From NCBI GenBank assembly GCA_964106915.2, contig OZ066918.1: a DNA stretch of 64,000 bases, one strand, 5' to 3'. Shown piece by piece: positions 11,676 to 24,613 of this stretch (position 1 is its first letter; each line of letters begins with the position of its first letter). Made by a program: the position numbers and the translations under genes. A model generated the notes under the pieces. It worked only from the letters and a program-made list of their open reading frames with translations, did not search any database and was not told the origin of the DNA. This DNA comes from Podarcis gaigeae (taxonomy: Eukaryota).

Positions 11676-14399
11676 TTCACATTCTTTCTGACTCGTTTTC
11701 TGTAACCTCTGGTTTATTTTTGGGTCACCTGCAAACGAGGACACTAATTTGGATATGACACAAAACAAATGCAATTTTTATACAAATCTGTGTCCTCCTC
11801 TGGGGATTAGTCAAAGGACACAAGCCACATACAGTGTACAGGGTCCAGAGAATTCTGTTGGCACTCTGCAAGCAACACTTCAGGCCAAGAGATGTACCAA
11901 AAAACTTAAGGTGAAGAGGCCAGAAGGAAACATCAACATTGTCTCTTCCCCAGACACAACAATCTTTGAAAAAGACCCATGGGCCTGTTCACACTTTGAA
12001 CTTACCTGCCTCAAACAACTCAAAAATTATGGTGTCTCTATATTGCCCTTTCCCCTCACCACACCATTGGGCTATCTTAATCACCTTGTCAGAAAGGGTC
12101 CTGTCAAAATTTCCAAGTAGAAAACACGTAAATGGTGTTGGTGAGAACATTTTCCAGACTCCAGTTCCTCTTCTATGTCTAGTTCCTCCTTCCATTTCAA
12201 ATGACAGGACAGAGGGTGAAGATAGAGAACCCTCATTCACACCACTTTCACTATCAAGAGCAACAGAGTAGGCACTGTCTCATTTCCTTGGATCTGGATG
12301 CCCACTCTACTCCTCATAAGATCAACTCTCATTTTAATTGTTCCACATCCTGGGAACATCCAATGACACAATGGCTGTGTGACATACTCTATCACACAAG
12401 GGAATGGTGCAATTAAACCATCATAGCCAGAGTTTTTTCCCTACTCATGAGACATCCTGCAAAATAATGCACAGGGAGTATAAAGAATAAAGCAGATTAG
12501 TGACATTATGACAGTGATAGGAGAATGTTTTCATGTAAGCATTCTGCAAAAAAAAGTGTGTATCACCATTTTCTCCTATTTTATAATCTGAGAAAAAGCA
12601 GGGAAACTTTTTGTAAAATATAACCTGCTGCTTCTAATCATATCTCTTGGAAATATAACCAGTGAATGTAGAGTTTTCTGAACTTAGCAGTTTCAACCCA
12701 TCCAAGCTCATAATGCAAGGGCCAGCAAGTGTGGTTTGACATTCCAAAGAGAGAGGCCTGGGGCAAAACTAGCATAGTAGATTTTCAGATTATCAAGAAG
12801 GAATAACAGAAGTGTCAAAGCCTGGGTTATTCCCCAGAGAGACATTTATCAAACAAGACAGCTGTTCTGAATCCACCATCTCCCTTCCTGCTGGAAGGGT
12901 TGCAATATTACTACAACAGAACATGATAGGAATGGCCAGTCATGCAGGCATAGCACACATGGGAATCCCGCTCTGGACAAAATGTTTCAAGTAGGAGATT
13001 CACTTTGATGTGCTTTGAGAAAACTCCATATTCCCGAGGAAGTGAGAAAAGTGGGGAGGTACTTTCCATAACAAAACTTTTTCTTCTTGTCCTTGAGATT
13101 TCTGAAGAATACAACCTTGTATATTCTTCACACTTCATAAAAATTATCAAGAAAACCACAAACCTTTTGTTGAAGTTGGGGGGGGAAATTATGTACCCTT
13201 CACTTGGACTTTTCCATGGGATTAAAACCTCTAGAATATTAATATATTTGACGGTTTACATTTTGTTACATGGTGGTAATAGAAGGCTGACCAAAAAATA
13301 ATATGCAATCCAAAGCATAGGTTGAGAACAAGTCACATACGACAACAAAATCCAACTTCAACACTTGCTTTTTGCTTCCACTGTGCGTGACTTGGCAAAC
13401 ATATGCACAATGCCAGCTTATGTCCAGACGATGTATCATACTCCTGGAATAAAAATGGAGTGACTCCTAGGAGCATATGAAATTACTGGCACAGCTGAGC
13501 AACAGCAAACTCTTTCTGTCATACACCTTCAGAGAGCAGTCTTTCCCTAGTATGCACCTTAGTTCTCATATATATCTGACAAGCATACAATTAACACCAG
13601 ATTTATAATATTATTAGATCTTTAATTATAGCATATTTTATATTAACTGTATTTATCTCTGCATTTACAAGAGCTTTTTTCTTATCAGATTCCTTGTGAT
13701 AGTTAACTGCTACTATATGCTAGAGATTGTATCTGATTATATATCTCAAATATTGGTTAAGGATTCAGTTTTCTTATTAAAGAACACAAAGTACTGTAGT
13801 TTATATTTTACAACCAATGGATTTTTTTTAACATTTTGTGATTATAAAAACTCAAGCTGAAAATATAAATATGAAATATAAATAGCACTTTGCATAGAAA
13901 TATAAGAAACATTGTTGGTAGATTATTTTTTAAAATTCTCAAGGTACCATGTTTAGCAATAAATATTTCCAAAGCTAACCTAGTTTAAGGAATCTGTATT
14001 TTCACAAAGTTCCTATACTGATCAAATTAGATGGACAGAACAATCCAAAGAAGGGGATCGGGGAAGAGGGGGAGTGGATGAATTGAACATAGATGAACTC
14101 GTGGCCATTTTAATAGGATGCAATTTTGTAGCTCTTCGGTTAATTATTTTTATTTGAAAATCTAATATTGCTTTCCATTTACAAATTGCTCTTGTATTTC
14201 ATTCATATGTTAATTTTATTGTAATATTTCAGTTATAGCTCAGTCTGTATATTTTCATCATTTCTGTGCTCTGATTTTAATAAAAAAAATCAATTTACTT
14301 TATTTTTTGTTTGACTGGTCTCTTTCTGATTTAAATTGGATTAAAAACAAGAGCACAGCATTGTGTTTCCTCTTTCATACATTTTCACTTAAGCTACTG

Positions 14400-14505
14400 C
14401 AGAGATGGGGAACATGTGGTCCTCCAGATGATGCTGGACAACACTCTCATCATCCCTGACCACTGATCATCCCTGATCCGAAGGATCACAGGTTACGCAT
14501 CCCTG
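14400..14505. mobile_element. Short hairpin MITE (hAT-like), internally deleted
   Basis: CAGAGATGGGGAAC...GTTACGCATCCCTG termini and a CCTCCAGATG...CATCCCTGACCACTG core. Confidence 0.55.
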
Positions 14506-15586
14506 GATTACTGCACCCTTCCTCATAGCCAGTGAGAGTGTGAACCTGGTTCACATAAACTATATCAAGACAATGTTCAAGCTGCTGTCTACTATTAGGA
14601 GTTTCCTGAAGAATGTGGGAGCAAAGGCAAAATGCCAAGTAGCCCCCAAAAAAGGTCTACACCTGAAATTTTATTCATTGAAAGTGGGGTAAGTAATAAC
14701 ATTCTGGTATGGATTTTCACCTCCCGGCAAAAGTTCTTCAGGGTTTTAGCCAGCCAGTCTTGCTGAAAATCCATTCCACCATAGTCACATTTTCAGAGTT
14801 TAGTTTAGTTTAGGGTTTTTTGGTCCAACTATCACTCAACATTCTATAGCTACTGAGCATGCTCATTCCTCATTCAGCATGTTTTGGGAGGGAGGATTCT
14901 CCCATAGGTCTTATTTTTTGAAGTTTTTGTTGTTGTTTTTTTACTTTTGCAAAGCCTCAAAGTAAATCCATCATGTTTCACCATGGCTTCAGTCCTGTTA
15001 GTACTCATTAACTTAATTCGCCATTAGTAAGGCAAATGTGTAATACATTTTTAAAATGGAAAAAAACAACCACCACAAATGACCAGAACTGAAAACAAAA
15101 AGCAGTTTTCTATGAAGAAACAAACTCTAATATCAATTTATAATGTCTATGATAAAAATCATTAATTCAACACACATTTTCTCATGTGGGCAACTTACTG
15201 AAGAATATATTGCTGCTTCAATTTCTTGGAAGCCAGCCTACCATACTATTTAAGGATATAAATCCACCTTTCACTGCCACATTCGAAGAACATGTATTTG
15301 TTTCATAAAAACATAAAAAGAATGCTGCTGGATCAGACAAAAGCTTTTTTTTATTTTTTAGTTTCCCCCAAAGTTGAGCTTTTGGGGCAAAATTGCAAAG
15401 AAAAAAAGAAGCCATTTTTGAGTTATTTTTCTGGAAAAACGGCACTGCCGACATGGGCTAACATACATCTGGATTTTCCCGGACATATGTCCAATTCCTG
15501 CCCAGACCTTGGTGCTGACTGCAGTTTTCCAGATATGTCCAGGACATATGGCAACCCTATACCTCATCCCCAGTAGCTAGTATTCA

Positions 15587-15970
15587 GAGACACTGGTGGC
15601 ACTGTGGTCTAAACCACTGAGCCTCTTGGGCTTGCCAATCGGAAGGTTGGTGGTTTGAATCTGCACAACAGGATGAGCTCCTGTTGCTCTGTCCCAGCTC
15701 CTGCCAACCTAGCAGTTTGAAAGAACTCCAGTGCAAGTAGATAAATAGGTACCCCTATGGAGGGAAGGTAACCAGTGTTTCCGTGCCCAATGGTTTCCGT
15801 CACAGTGTCCTGTTGTGCCAGAAGTGGTTTAGTCATGCTTACCACACGACCCGGAAAGCTGTCTGTGAATAAACAACGGCTCCCTCGGCCCGAAAGCGAG
15901 ATGAGCGCTACAACCCCATAGTTGCCTTTGACTGGACTTAACTGTCCAGGGGTCCTTTACCTTTTACCTT
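15587..15970 (+). mobile_element. Sauria SINE (older, diverged), inserted into a CR1 3' fragment
   Basis: Homologous to the other copies with an ACCTTT tail. TSD TATTCA(GAG) at 15581 and 15971. Confidence 0.88.
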
Positions 15971-15974
15971 TATT

Positions 15975-16155
15975 CAGAGGCATAGCACTTCCAGGACTGC
16001 AGACATAAACATTGAATAGTAGCCACTGATAGCCTTATTCTCCATTATATATCTGTCCTATTTTCCAAGAGCAACGTCTTAATCCCCTCTTTAAGCCATC
16101 TAAGTCAGTGGTCATCATCACAACTTGTGGTAGAGAATTCCATAGTTTAACTAGG
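15975..16155 (-). mobile_element. CR1 LINE 3' fragment
   Basis: Minus-strand ORF includes VKLWNSLPQVVMMTTDLDGLKRGL, typical of the CR1 ORF2 C-terminus. Confidence 0.75.
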
Positions 16156-19100
16156 TACTTTCTGGTTTCTGAGTGTGCTGAGCTGTATGATAGTGCTAAG
16201 CAGAAAACAATTTTAAGTATGAAACAATCCTGGTAAGCACAAAACAATGCAATAACTGAGCTACTGGATGCTCACCCTGGAGTTCTTCTCTTGCTCTTCT
16301 GTACAAGAATATGACTCACATAACTGTTACAGAAGAGGGATGCTCAAGGCACACATTGCTCATGATACCGGATAGAAAATCTGGCAAAACTATGGACCTA
16401 GCCACCAATGCCTTTATGAGCACACAGGACTCTGCATTTGGTAATTTCACTGAGGATCTAGTCACCGACAATGTCAGTTATATCTTATATTAAAACATAT
16501 ATTTTGTATTTAAATTTTAATATTAAACATGTCACAAGTTATTATTTCTCCTTGGATTGCATTCTCTACATTTGTTACAGTATTTTGACAAAATGATACA
16601 TGAAACACACTCCAATTTGCAGAATGTTATTCTAAGACAACTGTACATAATTCCAAAATCTGAACATTGTGAGTGTTGGAAATAAGAGTGTTGTCAAAAG
16701 TTCCGAAGCTGTTTTAACCACTAAACAAAAATAGCAAAAACTTTAACTGTTATGTATTCCAGTTACGTATTCCTCCCTTTTCCAATTTATGAAGAACTGT
16801 CTATTAAGAACAGAAGTTAATTCAATTCCCACCATTAGCCTTTATGCTTAGCCATGGCATCAATTTTGTCTGATACTGACACCTCTCAATACTCCAAAAA
16901 ATTGAAAATCCATCACCCCTATTGATGTGGGCTCAACTTTCTAATCTGAACAGAGAAACCTAAGTTTTCTATCATAAATGTGTTCCATAGTCAGATGTAT
17001 TTACTTTACTATTAATGCTTTGAAAACAATGGTATCCATTATTCTTAAAATCAAATAGATATTTTAATGACATAAAACATGATTAAAGCACTATTTCAAA
17101 TCAAGATCAAAAGAGATGCCGGTTTACATTCAAGTGAAAACTGAGCCTTAGCTGTCATTGAGCCACCAAAGAGGCTGCAGCTTTGGTCAGGCACAAAACT
17201 AAGGAAGCAGGTTTTGAGGAAGAGAGTCGGATAGGCGATACGGTAAACTCATCAAGAAATCTCATATGAAATATCACTCACTGCTATCCATAAACATGAG
17301 CCTGGTTTAGATATATTCAGTTACAACTAGAGAAGTGTATAATTAACTAGTTCATTACATGGAATGACTAGCACATGTGCAATCTTATTTATGATCTCTG
17401 CACCTGTGTTTTCTTTGGTTTAAGTTATAGTAGTGATCTTTGAAAGTACATGAGTGAAGTATCTTAACTTAAACAGCTGACACACATTAATGTATTCTAA
17501 CAAGTGAACAGGAAGGCATAGAACCATTGTATTTTATCAGTAAACTAATAATAATTCATCAATGTATTTGTTCAGATTTCAAGCCTCCAAACCATATAAG
17601 GGTAATTCCAGCTATTCAACACAATCACATATTTGGTTATCAGCCGCATTCCATGTGCTGCTGCTGCTTGTCCCAGTTTGAAGAACCAGAGTGATGTTGT
17701 GGTTAGAACATTTAACAAGCACTAGAAAAAAACAGCTTTAAATCTCTGCTCATCCATGTAGCTCACTTGGTGCGCTTGAGCCATACTTTACCTCTTGGTG
17801 TCCCCTGATGATTATTCCAATAGAGGTCAACTGAAACTAACAGCATTTTATTGGTACTGAGTACTGAGGATGTGATTTGTAATACAAATCCAAAGGGGAA
17901 AGCATGCCTATTTTAAAAACTGTTTCCACTTATACTTTTCAAATTGTTTGCTATTTCCCCCCTTTTAGTTGTTTACAAAATCAAAAAATCAGGGCAGTGC
18001 TAACCCATATAATTGCAGCAAGAAATTCCACTGTTATACAGATATTTCCTGCAGCAAATGAGTAAAGTGCCTAAAATAAAATATAGACGCACAACTTTAA
18101 GCACCCACATTATATACATCTTGGAAACCTGTTTGGCACAGCTCTCAGTGACGGAAGAAACAGCAGAGACAGAATAAATCTGAAGAATCCAGACTGCCTA
18201 GTTCCAATGTAGCGAAGTGTAACAAATCCAATTTATCAGCTTTCAAAAAGTAATGTATTTGTTGGTCTGTTTCTTTACAACAATTAACTTGTACACACAT
18301 CTCCCTTTTATAAGTACAGCTTTCTCCCATATTCATTGTACACAGTATATGTATCCAATTGTCTTCAGTGGTACTTTAATATTTATATCTAAGCTTGTAA
18401 CCTTAAATATAGAATTGTGCTGTAGCTATGCATGCTTTGAAAGTAAATGTATGCATAGTGTTGCAGCCTTACTGGACACCCAGTCTTCTTGATATCAGCA
18501 ACACTTACTTGCAAGTAACTATGGTTAGGATTAGGCTATAAAAGAAAAAAAAAGTTTTGGAGAGTGCTGGTTAAAATACTAAAAAAAAAATGTTCTAAAG
18601 CAAAAGGAGCTTCACTCACTTATCACAAGAGTCTGATTTAAATACAGATAACCTGAATCCAGAGACTATGAGCCAACTGCTTCCAGAAACTCTTTAGAAG
18701 CATATTTAAGGCCTGATTCTATGAATTATTATGCGGCATGTATATCAGATTATTAAAAACTCTAATCCATCTCTCTTCACTACAACCTCATCTCAGAACC
18801 AAAAGCAATATCTTTTGTTTAGGATTTCTGCAACTTTATATATTTTATCAACTCTGCCAAAATTTATTAAAAATAAATATATTAATTTGGCATTATTTTC
18901 TTTTCTTTCTCGGTACATTTCATGCAATTTATTTTGGCATATTGTTTTGCTAGTACCTTCTAGTTACAGTTGTAAGCTAGACATTTCCTTTAGAATGAGG
19001 CATTATTATTTCAGCAAATTTATACAGTTGCTGTCCGCATAAATGAAGCATACAGAGTTATATTAAGGCTAACATTTTAAAACATGTCCTCCAAGAAGTT

Positions 19101-20580
19101 TAATACCATTTTGTTAGCCACTATCTAAAATAAGCCGATTTAGAGTACATGCATAGTTACTCAGCTCAATTTTTGGCTTACAGAACACATTTTGTATATT
19201 CATACTCTTTAATGAGTAATGTGGCTTTTGATTTACTGTTGCAACTATTGTTTAATTTGTTTGCCTTGGGTAACACAAACACACATTTGATTAGAGATTT
19301 CACATTCAGTATCTTTTTCATTGAAGTTTGGTGTACAAACTAGTGTTCCATTCTTTTAGCCTTCACTGGGTTTTTCGGGGGGGAAATGTCAACATATACA
19401 AGCACATAAATGTTCTTTCCGTGATTAAGATTAACCTGAATGTAGTACACGCTGACAAAAAACATTTCCATTCTAAATTGAAGACCAAGAAAAATGCGGG
19501 AGCAAGGAGAGTTAAAAGTTTATCACATTCTAAAATATATAAAATACAGCTTTCTACACATCACTAACTAGTTTTCAAAGCTTTACATACCCAGTATCTT
19601 TGTATTTTTCAAAAAGCTTGTTAGTAAGTAACCAAAATATACCTGTTTGTGACCTTTCAAACCTTCTAATGGTTTTTTTCATATACTCCCCCAGCCCATT
19701 TCTTTACTTGGGCCTCAATAGCAGCCATGACTGAGTAAAATTAAAAATAGAAATCCAAAAGCTATGGCACTATCTAGGTATTTAAATACCACAACTATCT
19801 ATGTATCCCCTTATGACCTACCATGGATAATGATATGCTGTCAACAAAGAAAAGGTGATAAGGTTCTCTGTTTCTGCCACTTGACCTGACAAAAGCCAGG
19901 TCTGGTTAATCACTTCAATGTCAAAAATAGATACTCTTAACTGAGAAAGCAGCTGCACACATTTCCATAGTTATGTCAGATAAAGTCAATTCTATGGAAT
20001 CTATTAAGCACTTGATATAAAGGAATCTGGTACTGCTATTACCTCTTAAAAAATATCCCTTTTTCCCAAAAGCCTTGAAAAAACAGTGCAATCATGAGCA
20101 CTAATATGCAGTTTTTCAAGAGAAATTATTATAATAATGGGGACTCAATAGCTGGCCCAAAGCCATATTCCTATCCTTTAGTCCAAAATACAAATGCATA
20201 GGATCAGGTAAATAAACACATCAAGTGCCTTGAAGCCACAACTGTCACAATCATGGCATCACTACCACTTCCTGGGACAATGCAGGGTGGCAAAGATGCT
20301 GAGTCTGTGTCAACACATTGACAAGCACATGGAATTGGTTGCATCCTGGTAAGCAGCAGTGACACCACTGTCATGAGGACAGCTCTGTGCGCCCACCCAA
20401 TCTGATTATGAGTACAGCTGAATATGGACCTAGCACTCTCACAGCTCTTCAGAATGTGATCCTAAGCACTAGGTTAGGTTGAAATAAATTCAACTAAAAA
20501 TAAAGAACTACTAACCACAGCTGGACCTTTATTAAGACAATCCAAAAAGTCACAAAGTAGTAGCAAGCTTTAGTTTAGGG

Positions 20581-20784
20581 CAGTGTTGTACTCATTGTAT
20601 TGACCAAAATTGTTGAGCGTTTTTTGGGGAGCACTGATCAGAGATGTTGAGCTTTGTTTGGGGAGGAAAACACAAAGTTGTTGAGCTTCTTTGGGAAAGG
20701 GAGACCCAAAGTTGTTGTTGAGCTTTTTGTGGGGACGCCCCGTGATCAAGCTTTAGATTGTGATCAACCTGTTGGACATCCCTG
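20581..20784. mobile_element. hAT-like non-autonomous element with internal GTTGAGCTT..TGGGG repeats
   Basis: CAG...CTG termini, 8-bp TSD GTTTAG(G/A)G (20573-20580, 20785-20792), four degenerate internal repeats. Confidence 0.6.
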
Positions 20785-20844
20785 GTTTAGAGTACTCCAG
20801 AACCCCTTCATAAGGTAAGATGCTACCTAAAGAGTAAGGCTGTA

Positions 20845-21073
20845 CAGTGGTACCTCGGGTTAAGTACTTAATTCATTATTAACCTGAAACTGTTCTTAAC
20901 CTGAAGCACCACTTTAGCTAATGGGGCCTCCTGCTGCCACCGCGCCGCCAGAGCACGATTTCTGTTCTCATCCTGAAGCAAAGTTCTTAACCCGAGGTAC
21001 TATTTTTGGGTTAGCGGAGTCTGTAACCTGAAGCATATGTAACTTGAAGCATATGTAACCTGAGGTACCACTG
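20845..21073 (-). mobile_element. MITE family B, copy 2
   Basis: Same TIRs and TA TSD; reverse orientation relative to copy 1. Confidence 0.9.
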
Positions 21074-23588
21074 TATATTTAAAGCACATGGCTTCCTCCA
21101 AAGAATCTTGGGAACTGTAGTTTACCCTCACAGAGTGACAATTCCTAGTACCCTACATTTCCAAAGATTCTTTAGGGAAAATAATAAGCTTTAGATGTAT
21201 GGTGAGTACACAGGCTAAATAAATCTCTGCTAAATGTTGTTAGCTATAAGGCTACACACCTAAAATTACATAAAGCAATGTGTGGTTTTCCTATTTTTGA
21301 AAACTTCCTAAAGGTAAACAAATTTGTGAATGTTTACTCTTGGACAAAACCAACTGTGTGTCTAGCAATAGCTTTTCAAAGTTTCAAGAATTCATGAGTT
21401 GTACATTATTTATTTCCAGAAATGAGCTACTACTGGTTGGATATAAGCAACATGTGTTCAGCTACTGCATTATTCCCCTTCAATTGGCTAAAGGGCAAGC
21501 CCCAGAATACTAAATTCCTACCAATAAATCTGAAATAAAGCCTTGACAAGTGGACCTAACAAAAACAGGCATTTCCTTTGACACTTTAACAAGACACAGA
21601 GGAGAGAAGAAATTTGTGGAACCTTTATTTCTGAGTCTAGGCTATGAGGTAAGGCTGATTATTGCATTGTTTCTTTTCACCATCTGGTTATGTAGCCAAT
21701 AAAGATAAAGACTTGAAACTGAAAGTGTTCTTCAAGATTTTATGCCACTACACCTGAGCCAAATGTTTGCTATAGAAAACTTTCAGCTTGCGATGTGGAG
21801 AGAGCAAAAGGTCCCCTGAAACTGAAACTCCAAGCTCACATTTCTTTTCTTCACTTCTCCCAGTTATTGAATAAAGCTAGCGGCACTTCTTGTAGCAGCT
21901 AGCAGCAACTACAAACAAACAAACAAACAATCTTGGAAGTCCTCTCATCATTCTGAGGGGATGCTTGGGGATTTTAAAAAGGCAGTTGCCAGCCACTGAG
22001 AGGACCATTTCCACATCTGGTCAAACTGAGGCAGAGAAATTGGAGGGGTTGTTCCAGTTTAGAACACGTTGAAAGGTACAGACCTTCACCACCGACTCTA
22101 ACTGCTTTGTGCATCTTACCAGATGACTGTGGGGCTATAACTGCCACAGTACTTGCCAAGAGCACTTAAAATGACAAACAGATAAGTGAAAATATGTGAG
22201 TAATGTAAGATGGTGAACATATATAACACAATCTTTTTTTGTCTTATGTACTGGGCTTATTATGCAGAAACATATACACCAGTCTATGGCTATTTGATGT
22301 CATCCACAAGCAGCACCTCTCAACATTCCAAAGGTCTAGCTCGGACATTTTTTAAAAAGTATGAAATGGTTTTTAAAAATACAAATACAAATACAATTCT
22401 ATTATTTCTATTCAACTACACCAAATCCTAAAAATACACTGCATTTGATATTAAATTACCTAGGAACTTCTTGCAAAAACTTAAAACTCTACTCCCAAAA
22501 ATAAAGTAAAGGTAAAGAGACCCCACATGCTGAAAATAGAATAGGGAATAAACCATATGCCCTGAAAAACACAAGAGGTACACAAACAAAGGGGGGGGAT
22601 GCAAACTCTTAAGATAAGCAAAAACTTTGATAAACTTAAATTAAGACTATTATAATACCCACAAAGAAGTCCACCAAAAAGTCCTTATAGTAGGAAGGTA
22701 CTGCATGTGGTTGATTGAGAATTTATTAGAATGCAATTTATCAACTAGTGAACAGTTTGTGTTACTTAATACACAAGATTTCTTGTTATACGAGAGATTT
22801 AAGAGGTAATCAATCTTCTGGTATTCACTGCCTGCTGACTTGTTAATCTACGTTATTCATAACGCAGTAACGGCGAGTTTGAATTAAACAAGTTACAGTT
22901 GTATTAGGCTCCTGCGCTTCCAGGGGATGTTTTTAATCTTGCTGAATGAATCAGCATAGTAAAGTTACATCATTTTGGAAAATATTGCAAGAAAACAACC
23001 AATAATATCAAAAGTTCAAGCACATCAGAATCAATTTGAGTTTCATAACAAATTTCTGCAGACTGTTATGTGAATGGTGCCACTGATCCCTTGGGTGGGT
23101 TATGTCGATCCTCAGACCACAGAACACCAACTGGGAACCACTGGTCTTATCATTTGCAGTAAAACTTTCCAGATTTATTCAAAACAATCACAAAACATTC
23201 TTTTAATATATAATATGTGTATATCTAGTTATGTGTATCTATATTATTTGTATGTGTATTATCTAAATATAATACTTTTGTAGGGCTGCCAAAGGTCATC
23301 ATAAAATGTTTTTTCTGAAATCAACCTTAATTGATAGTAGCATATTTAGGACTGTAAAAGCAATTATAAAATGACAAGGCTGCTTTGAAATCAACCTGAC
23401 TTGATTTATCAAGCCCAACAGCTGTTTGAATATGCAATGAACCGTGAAAGAGTATCACTCACCATGGGGCTCAAATATATTCCCTGCTCCACCAAGACTG
23501 CTGGTCAGAAAGTGAATGACAGGCAGTTCACACAAAAAAGGTTAGGACCTGGAAATCAGGTTTTTAACATCTTACATATAGAAGATGT

Positions 23589-23724
23589 TACGCATAGCCA
23601 AACTTGGCCCTCCAGATGTTTTGGGACTACAATTCCCATCATCCCTGACCACTGGTCCTGTTAGCTAGGGATGATGGGAGTTGTAATCCCAAAACATCTG
23701 GAGGGCCCAGTTTGGCCATGCCTG
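23589..23724. mobile_element. Short hairpin MITE (hAT-like)
   Basis: Long inverted arms GGCCCTCCAGATGTTTTGGGACTACAATTCCCATCATCCCT / AGGGATGATGGGAGTTGTAATCCCAAAACATCTGGAGGGCC. Confidence 0.8.
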
Positions 23725-24248
23725 TTTACAGGAACCTGTATTCGAGGGATGATAGGGAGGGGGAGAGAGGGCGCATCTACTCTTTGTTGAATGGAACAGT
23801 GTGGGTGGGAAATTCATTAACTCAGAGGTTTTGGACCCTGAGCTGGAACAGGGAATTAATACAGTTGCCCCTAGGCATCCTCTCTGCAATGCAGTACCCA
23901 TCTGGCTCTCTCGTTTACTACACACTATGTAAAGTCAGTGAAGCCAGTTGAATAAGTTGTGGTTTTTCCATGACATCCAACTGTGGCAAAGAGATCATTT
24001 CACAAAAATATGGTTTGAGACAGACAATATCAGTCATGGCAGCCAGAACACATTAGAAATTAATATAACAAATATATTATGCTTCATTCTTTTACAGTAT
24101 TTTTGTGTTTAAAATGTTGTTCCTAGAAATGTCACCAAACATATTTCACTAATTCATTATAAATGCAATAAAAGAAAATTGGGAGAAAATTCATGTTACA
24201 GTCTACTCCCATGTACAACCAAATTATGTATAACCAATGCATGGTATG

Positions 24249-24613
24249 GGGGACGCAGGTGGCGCTGTGGGTTAAAGCCTCAGCGCCTAGGACTTGCCGA
24301 TCAAAAGGTCGGCGGTTCGAATCCCTGCGGCGGGGTGCGCTCCCGCTGCTCGGTCCCAGCGCCTGCCAACCTAGCAGTTCGAAAGCACCTCCGGGTGCAA
24401 GTAGATAAATAGGGACCGCTTACCAGCGGGAAGGTAAACGGCGTTTCCGTGTGCGGCTCTGGCTCGCCAGAGCAGCGATGTCACGCTGGCCACGTGACCC
24501 GGAAGTGTCTCCGGACAGCGCTGGCCCCTGGCCTCTTGAGTGAGATGGGCGCACAACCCCAGAGTCTGGCAAGACTGGCCCGTACGGGCAGGGGTACCTT
24601 TACCTTTACCTTT
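24249..24613 (+). mobile_element. Sauria SINE, full length, young and CpG-rich, distinct subfamily
   Basis: Intact A/B boxes, (ACCTTT)3 tail, perfect 13-bp TSD AATGCATGGTATG (24236-24248, 24614-24626). Confidence 0.93.

Noticed and set aside
20610-20735. Spaced direct repeats superficially like a CRISPR array
   Set aside because: Vertebrate DNA; the repeats are degenerate, irregular and enclosed in a hAT-like element with TSD.
10100-22170. 3'-UTR-like AT-rich stretches and exon-like pieces (13340-13444, 22115-22164) suggesting a nested small gene
   Set aside because: The pieces cannot be joined into a consistent frame with a recognisable product; compatible with ordinary intron.
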